Shown here: piece by piece, positions 1 through 12,597 of the stretch
Layout of the letters: each line of letters begins with the position of its first letter
Numbering within the stretch: position 1 is the stretch's first letter
The notes under the pieces: generated by a model
What the model saw: the letters and a program-made list of their open reading frames with translations, nothing else
Database searches by the model: none
Told to the model about the DNA's origin: nothing
Position numbers and translations under genes: made by a program
NCBI GenBank assembly: GCA_051294375.1
Contig: CM119265.1
Span: 21,328,278 to 21,392,277, forward strand
From: Paraspadella gotoi
Taxonomy: Eukaryota > Animalia > Chaetognatha
Length of the DNA stretch: 64,000 nt
Direction: 5' to 3'

Positions 1-195
1 GGCGGGCGAAAACGATCAAAATTAAAGGGGGTGTGAAGATTCCGCTCATCTGTTCTGGAGTCGCCTTTTTTATTCAAAACAAAATAAACACTTCCCGAAG
101 ACGAGATTAAATCAACTCTATCTGCTCAACTTTACTGGCTACAACGTGGACGACGACGACGACGAAGAAGAAGAAGAGAGGCTAATAAATATGGG

Positions 196-527
<332 letters not shown>

Positions 528-1703
528 TTCGTGAACGGAGAAAAAGTCACGCGAAAAGAAGTGAGTTAATTGGATGAAAGTCTAAAAAATTTATTTATTT
601 AGTTTCGCTTGGCCAGAGATAAACTGGTTTTTCCGGCGCGCAAAAAGAGGCAGATTTACCCCTGGGGTCTCGTTTCGCCGCTCGGCGGTCCTATATATCC
701 TCTTCTATCTCTTACGGAGGTCCTTCGCTGTCTCATCGGGAGGTACTTCTGTCCTTTGGTGGTCCCTCTTTCTGTCTTTGACTGGCGGACCCGTTTTTGT
801 CGGGAGTCGTCGGCCTTTTGAAGTCAAAACGACCGCAAATATTCCACTTGTCGCGCGGTAGTAGTTTTTTTTTCTTTTTTGATGTAACGAGGCTTTGATT
901 TAGAAAGGTGGTCGCGTTTGAGCTTCCTGAAAAAGTGCCACGATGGTTACCTGTGAAACTAAGACTAATTTATAAATTTCATCCCTGCTGCTGTAACGTA
1001 AGACAAAGAGTGGATGAGTAGAGATAAGATGTTCTCACAACTATCACGCTTAAGCGTCCCAGAAACCCAGCGTAATTCGTCCAGGACCGTCAGGGATTAG
1101 GGAACGGAAATTGGTCGCTATCGAAAAAAAGTGCCCGAATTGGATCGTCGACGAAATTGAGATCGAATTCGCCGAAGTCGCGACGATCGATCGATCGATC
1201 GATCGATCGAGACGAGAATTTCTTTATCTTCGCCATTTTTGAATCACTAATGCAAAACCGATGTCTTCGCCTCTCGATTCGAGGACCAGCGCCTTTTCAT
1301 GATTCCGTATCTTATCTCTCTCTACTCTCTCTCTCTCTCTACTCTCTCTTCTCTCTCTCTCTCTGTCAAAAATTAAAAGGTTTTAAAGTTCCGGTAAAAA
1401 AAATAAAGCTGCTCTATGTAACATTTCCTTTTTTTTTTATTTAAAATAATTTAAAATAATTTTAATCCCGTACATACGTACATAAAAAATATTCTACAAT
1501 GATAGATATTTCCCTCAGTCATCTGTCGCAACGTCGTCTGCCACACCTACTAAATAATCTTCGTACTTTTTTTATACTAATGGGTTTTTGTTTGCTCTGA
1601 TCTAGAGACAAGAAGCTACGGTGAAGATCTGCCTTTGAAAAAGTCCTTTGAGTGTCACTCAGATAAGATTTTTGCTTGAGAGAGAGAGAGAGAGAGAGAG
1701 AGA

Positions 1704-1754
<51 letters not shown>

Positions 1755-1842
1755 AGAGATTTGATAAAAAGGAAATAAACCGCTCGAACGTCTCGCTATC
1801 GGATTTTTTTTTCGCATTTCCCTGTCATCGACTTTCTTCTCT

Positions 1843-1920
<78 letters not shown>

Positions 1921-2735
1921 GTCCCTCTCCGAACAGCTAATTGTTCGATGAATCGACGAAGCCATCCTATAATACCATTAATTAGAAAGCTAATCTTCAA
2001 AAAATCTATTACGACACTTTCTAAAAATATTATCTATAAAATTACCGAATTTTAAGCCAAAAGAAGCGATTGTTAAATACGTTTAATACCTATTTTATTA
2101 AATTAATATCCTAAACCTTAAGAATATTAACCATTTTGCCATCATAACTATTTTAAAATTCAGCACCAGCATCAAGTTGCTTCCATTTACCCCATTGCCC
2201 CGCATATTTCAACCAACTCCATCACCCTGCAAGGCAGGGCCTGCATCCTCCACTAACCCGGATCCTCTATTCAACCCATCATCCCAGCATCCCGCCCTAC
2301 CTCTCCCGCCTTTTCAAGCCTCTCTCGTCCCGCTTGTCATGGATTCACCTCTGCTTCCTTCGAGCTTCAATATTTGAACACAATTTTTTTTCTTTTCCCC
2401 TTTTTTCTTTTTTTTTTCCTCCTTCGAAGGGATTTTTTTTTTTTGAACCGCAGTTAATCAATATTCAAAAGATTCAAGTTTTTGACGTCTTTTTTCTTTT
2501 TTAAATCTTTTTTTTTTTTTTTGGTCGACAGCTCTCTTCCCCTGATCGTCTTTCCTTTCTAACTTTACTTCTTTCCTTTCTCCACTTTCTTTCCTTTCTC
2601 CACTTTTCTTTTCTTGATTCATAACGTTTTTGTGTGAAATCTGATAATGATATATGAATGGATAATTTTTATATTGGTTGTACCAATTTCATAGTAATAT
2701 TGTCCGAAGGTCCAGCTCTCCTTCCTAATCTTTTT

Positions 2736-4620
2736 TTAGCTTTTCTTCTTCTTTCCTTTTTTCTTCTTTTTATTCTTCGATTTCTTCCCTCTTTTTTTCT
2801 TCTTCCCCCTGACTGGAGATGACACGATATTTTCCTTTTCGTCTGGCACATCGTCTGAATCAGCGCCACCTCCAGGTCACGATTCCTTTCAGAAAAAGGT
2901 TTCAGTAGGTGACAATATCTTTCGCAAGTTTCTTGAACATGATTTTTACAATGTTTTTCATTCCGGAGCAGACAATTTCTGTACTGTTGCTGCTTATTCC
3001 TAATATAAAATGATAATTGTTCTCTTTTCTTTGAAGTCACAAACAAAGACTCAAGAAGCTGCGGTGCTCGCGCCCCTTTCCTTTGCATCTTTCCCCACAC
3101 AGAAAAGCGAAATCTTGAATAACACGCGCGGCAAAGAGACGAATTGACGTTAAGCCACTGTGCCATTCTTTTTAGTATTTTCCATACAGTAAATATTTCA
3201 AAAAACCTTGTTTTTTGGAATCAAATTCCCTATTATTTTTCGGCCAATAGAAAAATAAAAATTTCGTCGAATATCACAGTGTCAATTTTTATTAAACATC
3301 CAGAGGTAAAATCCGTCTTATAAGTTATAACAAATAAAATTCGAGCATTTAGGCTTCTTCACAAGAAATATTAGAGTTTTAAAACCACAGTGAACCCGCC
3401 AAAAAAAAACTAACCACTGTGCCGCGGCCTCTCCTTTCCTCGCCCGTTCTTGAGATGACACAATATTCTTGTTATTATTATTGAATTTTCGCGACGATGG
3501 CTGGACACGTGTGAGGAGGGCAGGAGGAAGAAGAAGAGGAGGAGGAAAAGAGGGAATAACGGGAGGAGGAGGAGGAAGAGGAGAAGAAAAAGAGAGAGAA
3601 AAAATAGAGGGAGGGCGAAAGGATAGAGATGGGACAAGTGATATAAGGGGAATATGAATTGGTTGATTTCCACCAGAATGTTGACACAGGGGTTGGCCTC
3701 GTTAAAAGATATGAGATGCGAGGACGCGAGGGGGTGGCTGTGAGGTGGTGAGGCGGTGAGGTGGTTAGGGGGGTTGGGTTGGGAAGAGCGGTCGGTTTTT
3801 AGGGAAAGATAGGAGGCGATATCAGATAAGAAAGTAGGTAGATATCGATTTGGTAAGGAAAGAAACTGGTTAAGAAGGGATGGTAAGGGGCGAAACGAAA
3901 TGGGGAGCGAAGAGACGCCTCGTGGTGAGTAAAAAGCCGAAAGCGGATGGAAAGATTGGTAAGTGGCAATTACGATGGAGGGGGGTCAAGGATCAATAGC
4001 GGGAAAGGGGGAAAAAGAGGAAGGACAAATTTTGACAACAACAAAAGCGAGAAAAAGACGTAAAACATTTTGAGTGTTGATGGCTGGAACGCGTTTTGTT
4101 GATTATTCGTTAAAACTGACGATTTGAATTCAATAAAGTCAGTTTTAAATTGGATTTAGACTGAATTTCTCGAATTTGTCATATGGCAACCAACACCCTG
4201 TGGTTTTCCTACGCGTACACGTCACTAACCTGCTAAAATTCCACCCTTTGGAAATCCATCGCCACTGTCAACCGATGGAATTGAATCACAACCACCACCC
4301 TGTGGAATTCCATCGCAATCACCACTCTATGGAATTCCATCGCAACCACCACTCTGTGGAATTCCATCTCAACCACCACCCTGAGGAATTTTATCGCAAT
4401 CACCACTCTGCGGACTTCCATTGCAACCACCACCTTGTGGAATTCCATCGCAACCACCACCCTGTGGAATTCTATCGCAACCACCACTTTGTGAAATTCC
4501 ATCACAATCACCACACTGTGGAATTTTGGATTCCACTTTCCTCTCATCGTCTTCGCTTTTTAGGCGAAAATTTCTGTGGCGGAAAATGCGGCATCTGGAA
4601 GCGACGGCTTGAATATCAAT
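2736..4620 (-). CDS. Putative multi-exon orphan gene divergent from the alpha-kinase: N-terminal (CDGIPQGGG)n repeat exon, middle exons, Lys-rich last exon; frameshifted
   Basis: Minus frame reads SEDDERKVESKIPQCGDCDGISQSGGCDRIPQGGG... and ends at a donor-like G|GTTAGT (GT at 4229-4228). Coding-like 3440-4060 is followed by another GTTAGT donor near 3414. Terminal frame 2873-2736 reads GGGADSDDVPDEKENIVSSPVRGKKKKRGKKSKNKKKKKGKKKKS*. No homology recognised. Confidence 0.35.
4235..4526. repeat. 27-bp minisatellite, about 10-11 copies (consensus GTGGAATTCCATCGCAACCACCACCCT)
   Basis: GGAATT recurs every 27 bp; 9-aa periodicity in the overlapping ORFs. Confidence 0.9.
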
Positions 4621-4636
4621 CGCAAAACCTTTCACC

Positions 4637-4727
<91 letters not shown>

Positions 4728-5075
4728 TCTCTCCGATTTTCTTTTTTCGATTAAAAAAAAATATGGAAATTAGAAAATCCGAAATTTTTTTTCTCAAAAA
4801 TTAACTTTCCAAAACAAAGGCGCTCGAATTTGGAAGACTAAAAAGCGTTCTTTACAATATAGAAATTCAATAAACTTATACTACAGGTTATCATATATTT
4901 TAAGATTTTTAAACATAGATTTTTATTTCTACAAACTTCATAAAAAGAACTACACACTCGACGTTCTCAATCTCATGGCGTGTTTAAAACTATTTATAAT
5001 TATACAAGATTTGAGACTTTTGTTTTTGTTCCAAAGGCCAGGATATCGCAAAACTTTTGTTTTTCATCCTCGATC

Positions 5076-5087
5076 CAAGATGGCTGC
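5076..5087 (+). promoter_or_regulatory. YY1/Pho-like motif CAAGATGGCTGC upstream of the alpha-kinase ATG
   Basis: Matches the AAGATGGC core and lies between two divergent gene models; motif match only. Confidence 0.25.
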
Positions 5088-5246
5088 TTCCGTCACCGTT
5101 TATCTTTTTTTCTTTCTTTTTTTTTTTTTCTTCGTCCCCCATTGTTTGTCGTTGCCCTTTACGATCATTACTCAATTTGGTCAGCTTGTACGTTTTTTAA
5201 TTAGAGCAATAACGCGATAAAATTTTCGTTTTAAAAGTTTTGAGTC

Positions 5247-5338
5247 ATGGATTCTCGCGACAGTTTGTTTCCGGACGACGATTATTACGATCTTCGTGGG
5301 CCACGTAATCTACTTGTGGACGAGGAACAATACCGAAG
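5247..5338 (+). CDS. Alpha-kinase exon 1 (MDSRDSLFPDDDYYDLRGPRNLLVDEEQYR)
   Basis: ATG at 5247; phase-2 donor AG|GCGAGT joins in frame to the acceptor TATAG|A at 5499/5500. Confidence 0.55.
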
Positions 5339-8300
5339 GCGAGTGGCACTCAGTTTAGTCTACATACAATAACTTTGAGTAGCTTTGATTTACCAGAAAC
5401 CGTGAAGCTTTTGCGGTGTTATTTGGAGTATCCCTATTGAGTTTAATGGTTCACGTTTGAGACATTTTTCACATTTAATACTTTTTTTTATATTTATAGA
5501 CACGGGATTCGAAATGAAGCCGGTGCTGTCGGTGGAAGGTCCGACGATCGACGAACGATCGGCGCTTTGCTGAGGTTCAGGAATCTAAACCCAAAAGAGT
5601 TGGAAGAAAAGATGACTCGCGGTCTTCAGCAGAGAAGTGGGAATCAAGAGAAAGCGTCCCTCCCCAAGGAGATGTCCCTGGAAACGGTCGTCGATCTCAT
5701 GTCGGAAGAGACCGATTCGATGCATTCGACCGCCGACGCTGGCAGCTCTGATCGCTCATCCATCGCGACTATGATGAATCGTTGCTCTCTCGGTTCATCC
5801 AAACCGACGAAGGACCACGTCATTGTCAAGAAGGAACCCGAGTGGTCCTCAATCAAAACGGAACCCGTCACTATCATGCTGACAGAAATGCCTAAGGATG
5901 CGGACGAAGTTGTCCTGGTGGATCTTATGTCTCCGCTTGGACTTATTCAGAGGGGAAGGAATATCAAGATGGCGAAGAATCCTTTCGCCGTTGGCGAGAC
6001 CAGACTCTCTTACTACGGGATGCCCATCACGTCGTACTGTGACGTCGTTCAAGTTTACGGAGAAACGTGCGTCTTGAAAAAGTTTATTCAGAACGATGCT
6101 TCGAGGAATAATATGGGCTATATGATGGCCAAGCTTGAGGAACAAGCCATCGGAAGATATCTTGCGAAGCATTTTAACAAAGTAAGTCGAGCTGCATTTT
6201 AAGTTAGTGTTAACCTGGGATATTCCGTGGTTTTTTTCTTACGGCAATCTTAGTATGCTTATTGCTTAATAAACATGCTTATAAGTTGTATAATTTGTTA
6301 GATTTCTAGTCCTAGAAGTAGAAGCATATAAATTCGCAAATACTGCGTAACGTCTAATATGTGATAAAAAAAATAGTTTGTAATTATTTACCTATAATAA
6401 TAAAAATTATACCGAGTTTTTGATATTTTTTAAAACCGACTCCGTCATAAGTGAAAAAACGGTATGACACATTGAAAAATAACGTTGGCGTTACTGTTCC
6501 GTGCATAAAAAAAAATTCACTGTTCAATATGTAATTATATTTCTTTTTATTTTTTGAAACATTATAGTTTCATATGTCGATATCAAAATATCAATTGCAA
6601 AATCTTTTTTGTTTTTTATGATATGACCGAATATTAGGGTGAAAGATGATAAATTTTTTAAAAAAAGTTACTTATTCATATTTATTCTAGAATTGTAATA
6701 GAAAAAAATAAAAAAAAATAATAGTTACCAATAGTTAGTGTATGTCTCAAATAGATGGAAAAAAAAAACCTATTTAAAAATTCGATCAGGAAGTGGCGGT
6801 AACTAATGCTTACCAATGGCATTCCTCCATGCGATTGTTCTCACAAAATAATTTTTTTTATTTAATACATTTGAAAGGGAAAAAAAGAAATTCAGAATGC
6901 CGGTTGTATAAAGGGTACAGGATAATCTGGACTTACTGACTTGATAACCATCTGACCTTTTATATCTTGTGAAAATGGGCGCAGTTAAAAGATATCTAAA
7001 AATTCGATCATTAAGTCAGTCAATGAACCCTTTCTAATGGGCTATACGAGAAATATTTTTTATTAATTTAAAATGGGATGATAAAATAATAGGAATTAAG
7101 GAATTTCTTGCTATATTTAAAAGAAAATTATCGATCAACAATTTATACACAATGAGTTCTTGCTTTGTCAAATATATTGCCAGTTATATAATTTTTTAAA
7201 CTTTATTATGATAAACCAAGCTGTTTGTCAACTTTTTAGTTTGCAGTTTAAAGATAATTGAAAATACCGATTTTTTTTTTACAGACCAAGAGGTTAGATG
7301 TCAGACTGTTTCTATATTAAAGCTGAAAAACATTTTTGTATTTATCCATTTTTGATCCTATTAAAAAACATTTGTCAAGCCTACAACCATAAATTTTTGC
7401 TTGTTTTTACCTTTAACTTAAAAATAAAGCAGTTTTACTGGAATAAAAAAAATTTAAGTAATGAATCAAAAGATAATCAGTCTTTCCTTATTTGCAAATT
7501 ACAAAAGAAAATAAAAAAATTCATATTGCCTTCATTGACAATTTTTAAAGCAAAAAACTGTTATAACTTTTAACTCTGATTTAAACAAAAGCTGTGTAGA
7601 AATTTATGGATTTAGAATTTAAGTAAAAACTTTTTTAGAAAGCGGTCCCATCATTAGGGCTTTAATTTGATACCCACAACCCATCTTGCTAGCTCTTTTC
7701 TTTCAAAAGTTATTTAAAAAAAATCTTTTTTCAAAACTACGCGTACAAATCTTTGTTTTAAATAAACATTTTGGCAAAGCAGGATATCTCACTTATTTCT
7801 ATTGATACAATACTTAAATCTTTAAAATAAAACGTTGAAGAAAATTTTTTTGTCATATTAGAATGTGATCCTTTCGATGTACCCATCGTATTAATAATTG
7901 ATTTATTTATCTTCCCCAAAAAAAGCCTAATTAAAAAGTTGAAATTTTTTCAAATTGTTCGAAAAAAATTTCCCCAACCTATGCTCATGAGAATAATGGT
8001 TTTGCCATAGAAAATCAAAAAATATTCAAACAAAATAAAAAAATCAGCCTCTAGAAAAATTGAAAGGCTAGAGGCTGATTTTTTAGAATTGCAAAATTTT
8101 TTCTCCTAAACTCGAAATCCATTATTCCTCAAGTTTCAAAAATATTTTTATTCCAAAAATCATCATCAATTTTTTTTATTAATTTAAAATGTTTTATGAT
8201 GTTGTTTTTGTTGTGAAGATTGAAAAAAAAAGAAAAATATAGTAATGTATATAAGGTTTTTGGGAAATACCTCTAAAATATTAGATAATTAGACACAGGG

Positions 8301-9469
8301 AGTTAAGCAGAGAAAACTTCCCATTTCATAAAAAAAATTAAAAATGAATTTTCATATTGTTATTATAGATTAATTGACTATTACAAACATAGATTTCATA
8401 TAAAATTGAGGAAATGATGGGTAAAAAAATATTCATTCTTGCGTCTCGGTTAATCTATTAGTTATCGTTTAAAGTTTTGTTTTAATAATATAATATTTTT
8501 TTTTTGCATTTTATAAAAAGCAATTGGTCTAAAATTTTGTAAGCGTTCGACTATATTGCTTCATCTTTTTTACTATTTTTGATTTAGGTAGCTTTTTTTG
8601 TTGATGGGTCAAGGGTTTATGTCATACACAGTAATGCCCAGTAGTGTATACTCGCACCCATATTACCAAAAAGTAATAATCATATAATTTGGTTCAGAAA
8701 CAATTTTAACACGGGACGAAAATCAGCACGAGACAGTAACGCCACGTTATTTTTATTGTGTTATTTCTTCGACACCCAGGTCAAACCGAAGGGATTGAGA
8801 GATATCGTAATTTTATAGAAGCACTCCATGCCTGAATTTCTGATGACACCGTCAATCTCCGGCGTTCTTCTTCTCATGGAGACCAAAAACAGATGTCGAT
8901 ACAAAATTCAACACTTGGACGACGTGATGATAAAAAAGTATCACACAGGTCTTCAGCCTTTAGTCATGGAGCTACGACGTTTACCGAGGATTCTTGTTGG
9001 TGAATATTCTTACTCCCATTTCTTTGTTTACGCATTTATTTTATTATTTATTTTGTCATTTTATTTTTATAACCTATATTCAATTTTTTTTCATTTACTC
9101 AAACGGATATAGTTTTTTTTCAAAATTCTTCGTTCTTTAGGTTGTCTTCCGTTTAAAAGGCGTCAAAATGGGTGATCGTTGAATCACTGAGCTGAGATTC
9201 AACTGTCGTGACGATCACGGTTCTCCAAATCAATCTTGGGTGGCGACGGATAATAATTGGTCTCAAGTTCTTCAAGAATCACGCTTGCAATCACGTCTGT
9301 CGAAAGGTTTCGAGTTGATTATAATTAGTTGTAATTTACTGCATGGCCTAGCTTTTAAATTTAAATGTATATTAATTTTTTTTAGATGAAATTGAAGGAA
9401 AATCCTGATCATGAGGGGGAAACCAAGCTCATGAAATTATTGGGAGGCGTCTCCGGATCAAGAAATTAA
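5247..9469 (+). CDS. Alpha-kinase family protein (eEF2K/MHCK/ALPK-type atypical kinase), 5 exons: 5247-5338, 5500-6181, 8780-8999, 9141-9306, 9386-9469
   Basis: Motifs appear in the expected order: KNPFAVGETRLSYYG; CVLKKF; EEQAIGRYLAKHFNK; FIEA...ME...TKFN; LQ(A)FSH(W)SYDVT; GFLL|VV..LKGV; IT(D)AEI; NLGGDG-like Gly loop; KFFKNHACNHVCRK|MKL (H-x-C-N-x-x-C zinc site). Junctions are in phase. Exons 3-4 carry indels (sequencing error or pseudogenisation). Confidence 0.85.
5500..6181 (+). CDS. Alpha-kinase exon 2 (disordered N-terminal part plus kinase N-lobe)
   Basis: Open frame (ORF 5567-6202) with PFAVGETRLSYYG, VLKKF and LAKHFNK; donor AAA|GTAAGT at 6182. Confidence 0.9.
8038..8084. repeat. 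Perfect 17-bp inverted repeat with 13-nt loop in alpha-kinase intron 2
   Basis: AAAAAATCAGCCTCTAG (8038-8054) pairs with CTAGAGGCTGATTTTTT (8068-8084). Confidence 0.9.
8780..8999 (+). CDS. Alpha-kinase exon 3 (frameshifted)
   Basis: Acceptor CCCAG|GTC; VKPKGLRDI..FIEA, TKFN and LQ-AFSH-WSYDVT fragments; donor TTG|GTGAAT. Confidence 0.75.
9141..9306 (+). CDS. Alpha-kinase exon 4 (catalytic loop, Gly-rich loop, Zn site; frameshifted)
   Basis: Acceptor TTTAG|GTT; LKGV, ITxAEI, NLG, FFKNHACNHVCRK; donor AAG|GTTTCG. Confidence 0.8.
9386..9469 (+). CDS. Alpha-kinase terminal exon (MKLKENPDHEGETKLMKLLGGVSGSRN*)
   Basis: Acceptor TTTTTAG|ATG completes the C-x-x-(L/M)-x-L consensus; stop TAA at 9467-9469. 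Confidence 0.7.
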   Translation: MKLKENPDHEGETKLMKLLGGVSGSRN

Positions 9470-12400
9470 ATTTTTAGTGGCAACTGAACAAACATCGAGG
9501 TTAGTCTTGTTTCTCTATGATTTGATTCGTTACTAAATGAAATCTAGTTATAGCTTTTTAGCACCAAATGAATTGTTCACAAACCCACGTTTAATTTAAT
9601 TATAAGCATATATATTTTCTTTCATTTTAATAGATTCATTTTCATCGATGAAACATCTGTAGTCTTTTACAATTTCAAGTCTTTCAAGGGTTTAAGTCGC
9701 GTTAAGCACCGTCTCGGACTTTGCGTATTACTTTACATTTCGTCGCCATGTGAATTTTCGTCTCACCTCCGCCAGAGACTGAGGATTCGTTATTCGTCTC
9801 CCGGGATAATGGATTAGTTAACTACGAGTTTATATATAATTGTTTGTTTAAAACTTATTTTTGTTAAGCTCAGCCTGCCCTTTTTTAATTGTTTTTTTTT
9901 TTTCGTGAATTGTTCGGACGAGTCCAAATAAATTCCATCGAAGCTTTCTGCACTCGCATTCGAAATCTTATTAGATTCGTCTCTCCCATCGAACGGGGAA
10001 TAAATCTTTCTGAACGGACAAATCTTCTGCCTTTCTCACTCTCATATGCGCTCTCTCTCTCTCGCTCGTCCTCGCTGACCAAATCAGATGGAGCATGTAA
10101 TTGCTTCGATCGCATCTGACATCTGATCGCATGAAGAGAAGGGGGGCCCGTGGGAGAAAAGTGCTAAAAGGGGGAGGGGTATCGTCACAGAGAGAGGACA
10201 AGGGACAATATTAGTGGAAAGACAAAAATGTTTGTACTAGATCATTACTAAATAATCAGCTTTATTTACTACTTTTGATTCCTCTTTGAAATTAACCATA
10301 GTTTTCTTTTTTGATTAAACTTTGTGAAAAATAGATGTTTTGCTTATATATCTAAACCCCAATACGAATCAAATAACTGAGCCAGAAAAGCTAAAACTAT
10401 ATTGAACTATTGAAATTAAAAACTACATTAAAAGGCGAACGGAGCTCAGGCTCCGAGATTGGGTGACGTTCTTGCCAGTGAAGACGAATTGACTCGATCT
10501 CCCCAATCGGCTCAATCGAGGGATTTCAGCTGCGAGTCAATGAAAGGGTTTTGCGCGGAGAAGGATCCTTTAATTTGAAAGCCGATTGGGGGGAAAAGAG
10601 GGCTCATGATTTGTGAACGCTCGGGGGATTTATGTGAGGATAGGGTTAGAGAATTGGGTGATTAGTGCGTGTAGGGTATTTACTATCTACTATCTGGGAA
10701 GCAGTGCTTTTTCTCTGTCGCCAAGCACTTTTTCCAAAAGTAATATAAAAAAACAATTTTTTGGCCGATTTTCACCGCGACGAATCCCGGGATAAAGGAT
10801 GGTCGGGCTTCTGCAGCTTCGAGAAATGACGGTCTTGACCGTTGACAAATCGTGCATTGGATGACCTCACCCTAATATTTGCGCCATCTCTCAAACCCGC
10901 CCCGCGTCTGACCAACGCCACAAACCCGTTCCCCCTCACCTCCGCCTCACTCGAATCTTGATCTCCTACCCTCACCCCCCCCCCATTCTCTCTCGCTCTC
11001 TCTCCTCCGCACGGCCGAATATCGGACAGTGGGCAAGAAAAATGGGGTTTCAATTACTGCATCTTATTTTTGCGGAGCTTTGACGCCAAAGGGAGAAGTG
11101 ATTTATATCCATGAGGAGAATTACTTTTTTTTCTCTCTCTCTCTTTCTCTCTTTCATCGAGAGAGAGAGAATAAGGGAGGTTGAGGGAAGAGAGAAGGGC
11201 AGATTTACTGCGCTTGCATAAGAAAGAAATAATTGAAAGCGAAGATAAAGAAAGAAAAAGGACAGAAAGTAAAGGGACAGAAAGAAAGGGACAGAAAGAA
11301 ATGCTCGGAAGCGAAATTGAGAGAAAACAAAAGTGAAGGTGTCTGCGTCGCTCATTTGTTTGCCTTTTTTTTCATTGCCTCTCCAAATCTCATCCACGCG
11401 TCAACAAACTCTCTTTCCCAAAAAATATTTTGCGCTTTTTCCCCCCCGAATTCACCTCGCGTCCGTCTTTCGACGATCTCGTTGGTCGACGATTCGATCA
11501 TCTCTCACCCGATTGGTCGAAACGTCATAATCTGCCGTCTTTGTCCCTTCTTTTTTTTTTTTAGGAGCGCAAAGGATGTCCGCTTCAATTTCAGAGTCAA
11601 CATCATTATTTCCTTGTCCGTGTCTCACTCTCTATCTCTCTNNNNNNNNNNNNNNNNNNNNNNNNNNNNNNNNNNNNNNNNNNNNNNNNNNNNNNNNNNN
11701 NNNNNNNNNNNNNNNNNNNNNNNNNNNNNNNNNNNNNNNNNNNNNNNNNNNNNNNNNNNNNNNNNNNNNNNNNNNNNNNNNNNNNNNNNNNNNNNNNNNN
11801 NNNNNNNNNNNNNNNNNNNNNNNNNNNNNNNNNNNNNNNNNNNNNNNNNNNNNNNNNNNNNNNNNNNNNNTCCTCTCCTCCTCCTCCTCCTCACTCATCC
11901 TCACCTGTAATCTTCTCTCCGGATGGAGACTCAGGACGACGAAGTCAAACGACTCATTTGAGAATCCGACTAATAACTGAAATGACTCACTTGTCCCACA
12001 AAGAAAAATCGATTTTTCATTGATTCCTGCTTACCTTCTGCTGCTNNNNNNNNNNNNNNNNNNNNNNNNNNNNNNNNNNNNNNNNNNNNNNNNNNNNNNN
12101 NNNNNNNNNNNNNNNNNNNNNNNNNNNNNNNNNNNNNNNNNNNNNNNNNNNNNNNNNNNNNNNNNNNNNNNNNNNNNNNNNNNNNNNNNNNNNNNNNNNN
12201 NNNNNNNNNNNNNNNNNNNNNNNNNNNNNNNNNNNNNNNNNNNNNNNNNNNNNNNNNNNNNNNNNNNNNNNNNNNNNNNNNNNNNNNNNNNNNNNNNNNN
12301 NNNNNNNNNNNCTCTCATTCTCTCTCTCTCTCACCCTCTCTCCCCTTATTATTCTACTCCTCTTTCCCTCCATTTCTCTCCGTCTCTGTCTCCGTTCCAC

Positions 12401-12597
12401 CTTTTATTCTCCCGCGATTCCATTCTCTTCTAAATATAACTCTCTCCCGTTAATTGACTCCCATCAACGCCATCTGCCAAAAGTGGCAGAGCAAATGGAG
12501 AGACGTCGAACTCGTCTCACGAAAATCCCGCCGGACGAAGACTTTGATGCTCAACCTCCCACCTTCCCCCCCNNNNNNNNNNNNNNNNNNNNNNNNN

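Noticed and set aside
1185-1210. (GATC)n self-complementary run
   Set aside because: Simple tetranucleotide microsatellite with no further structure
5567-6202. Assigning a gene symbol such as eEF2K or ALPK1
   Set aside because: The family is clear, but the diagnostic accessory domains are absent and orthology cannot be judged by eye
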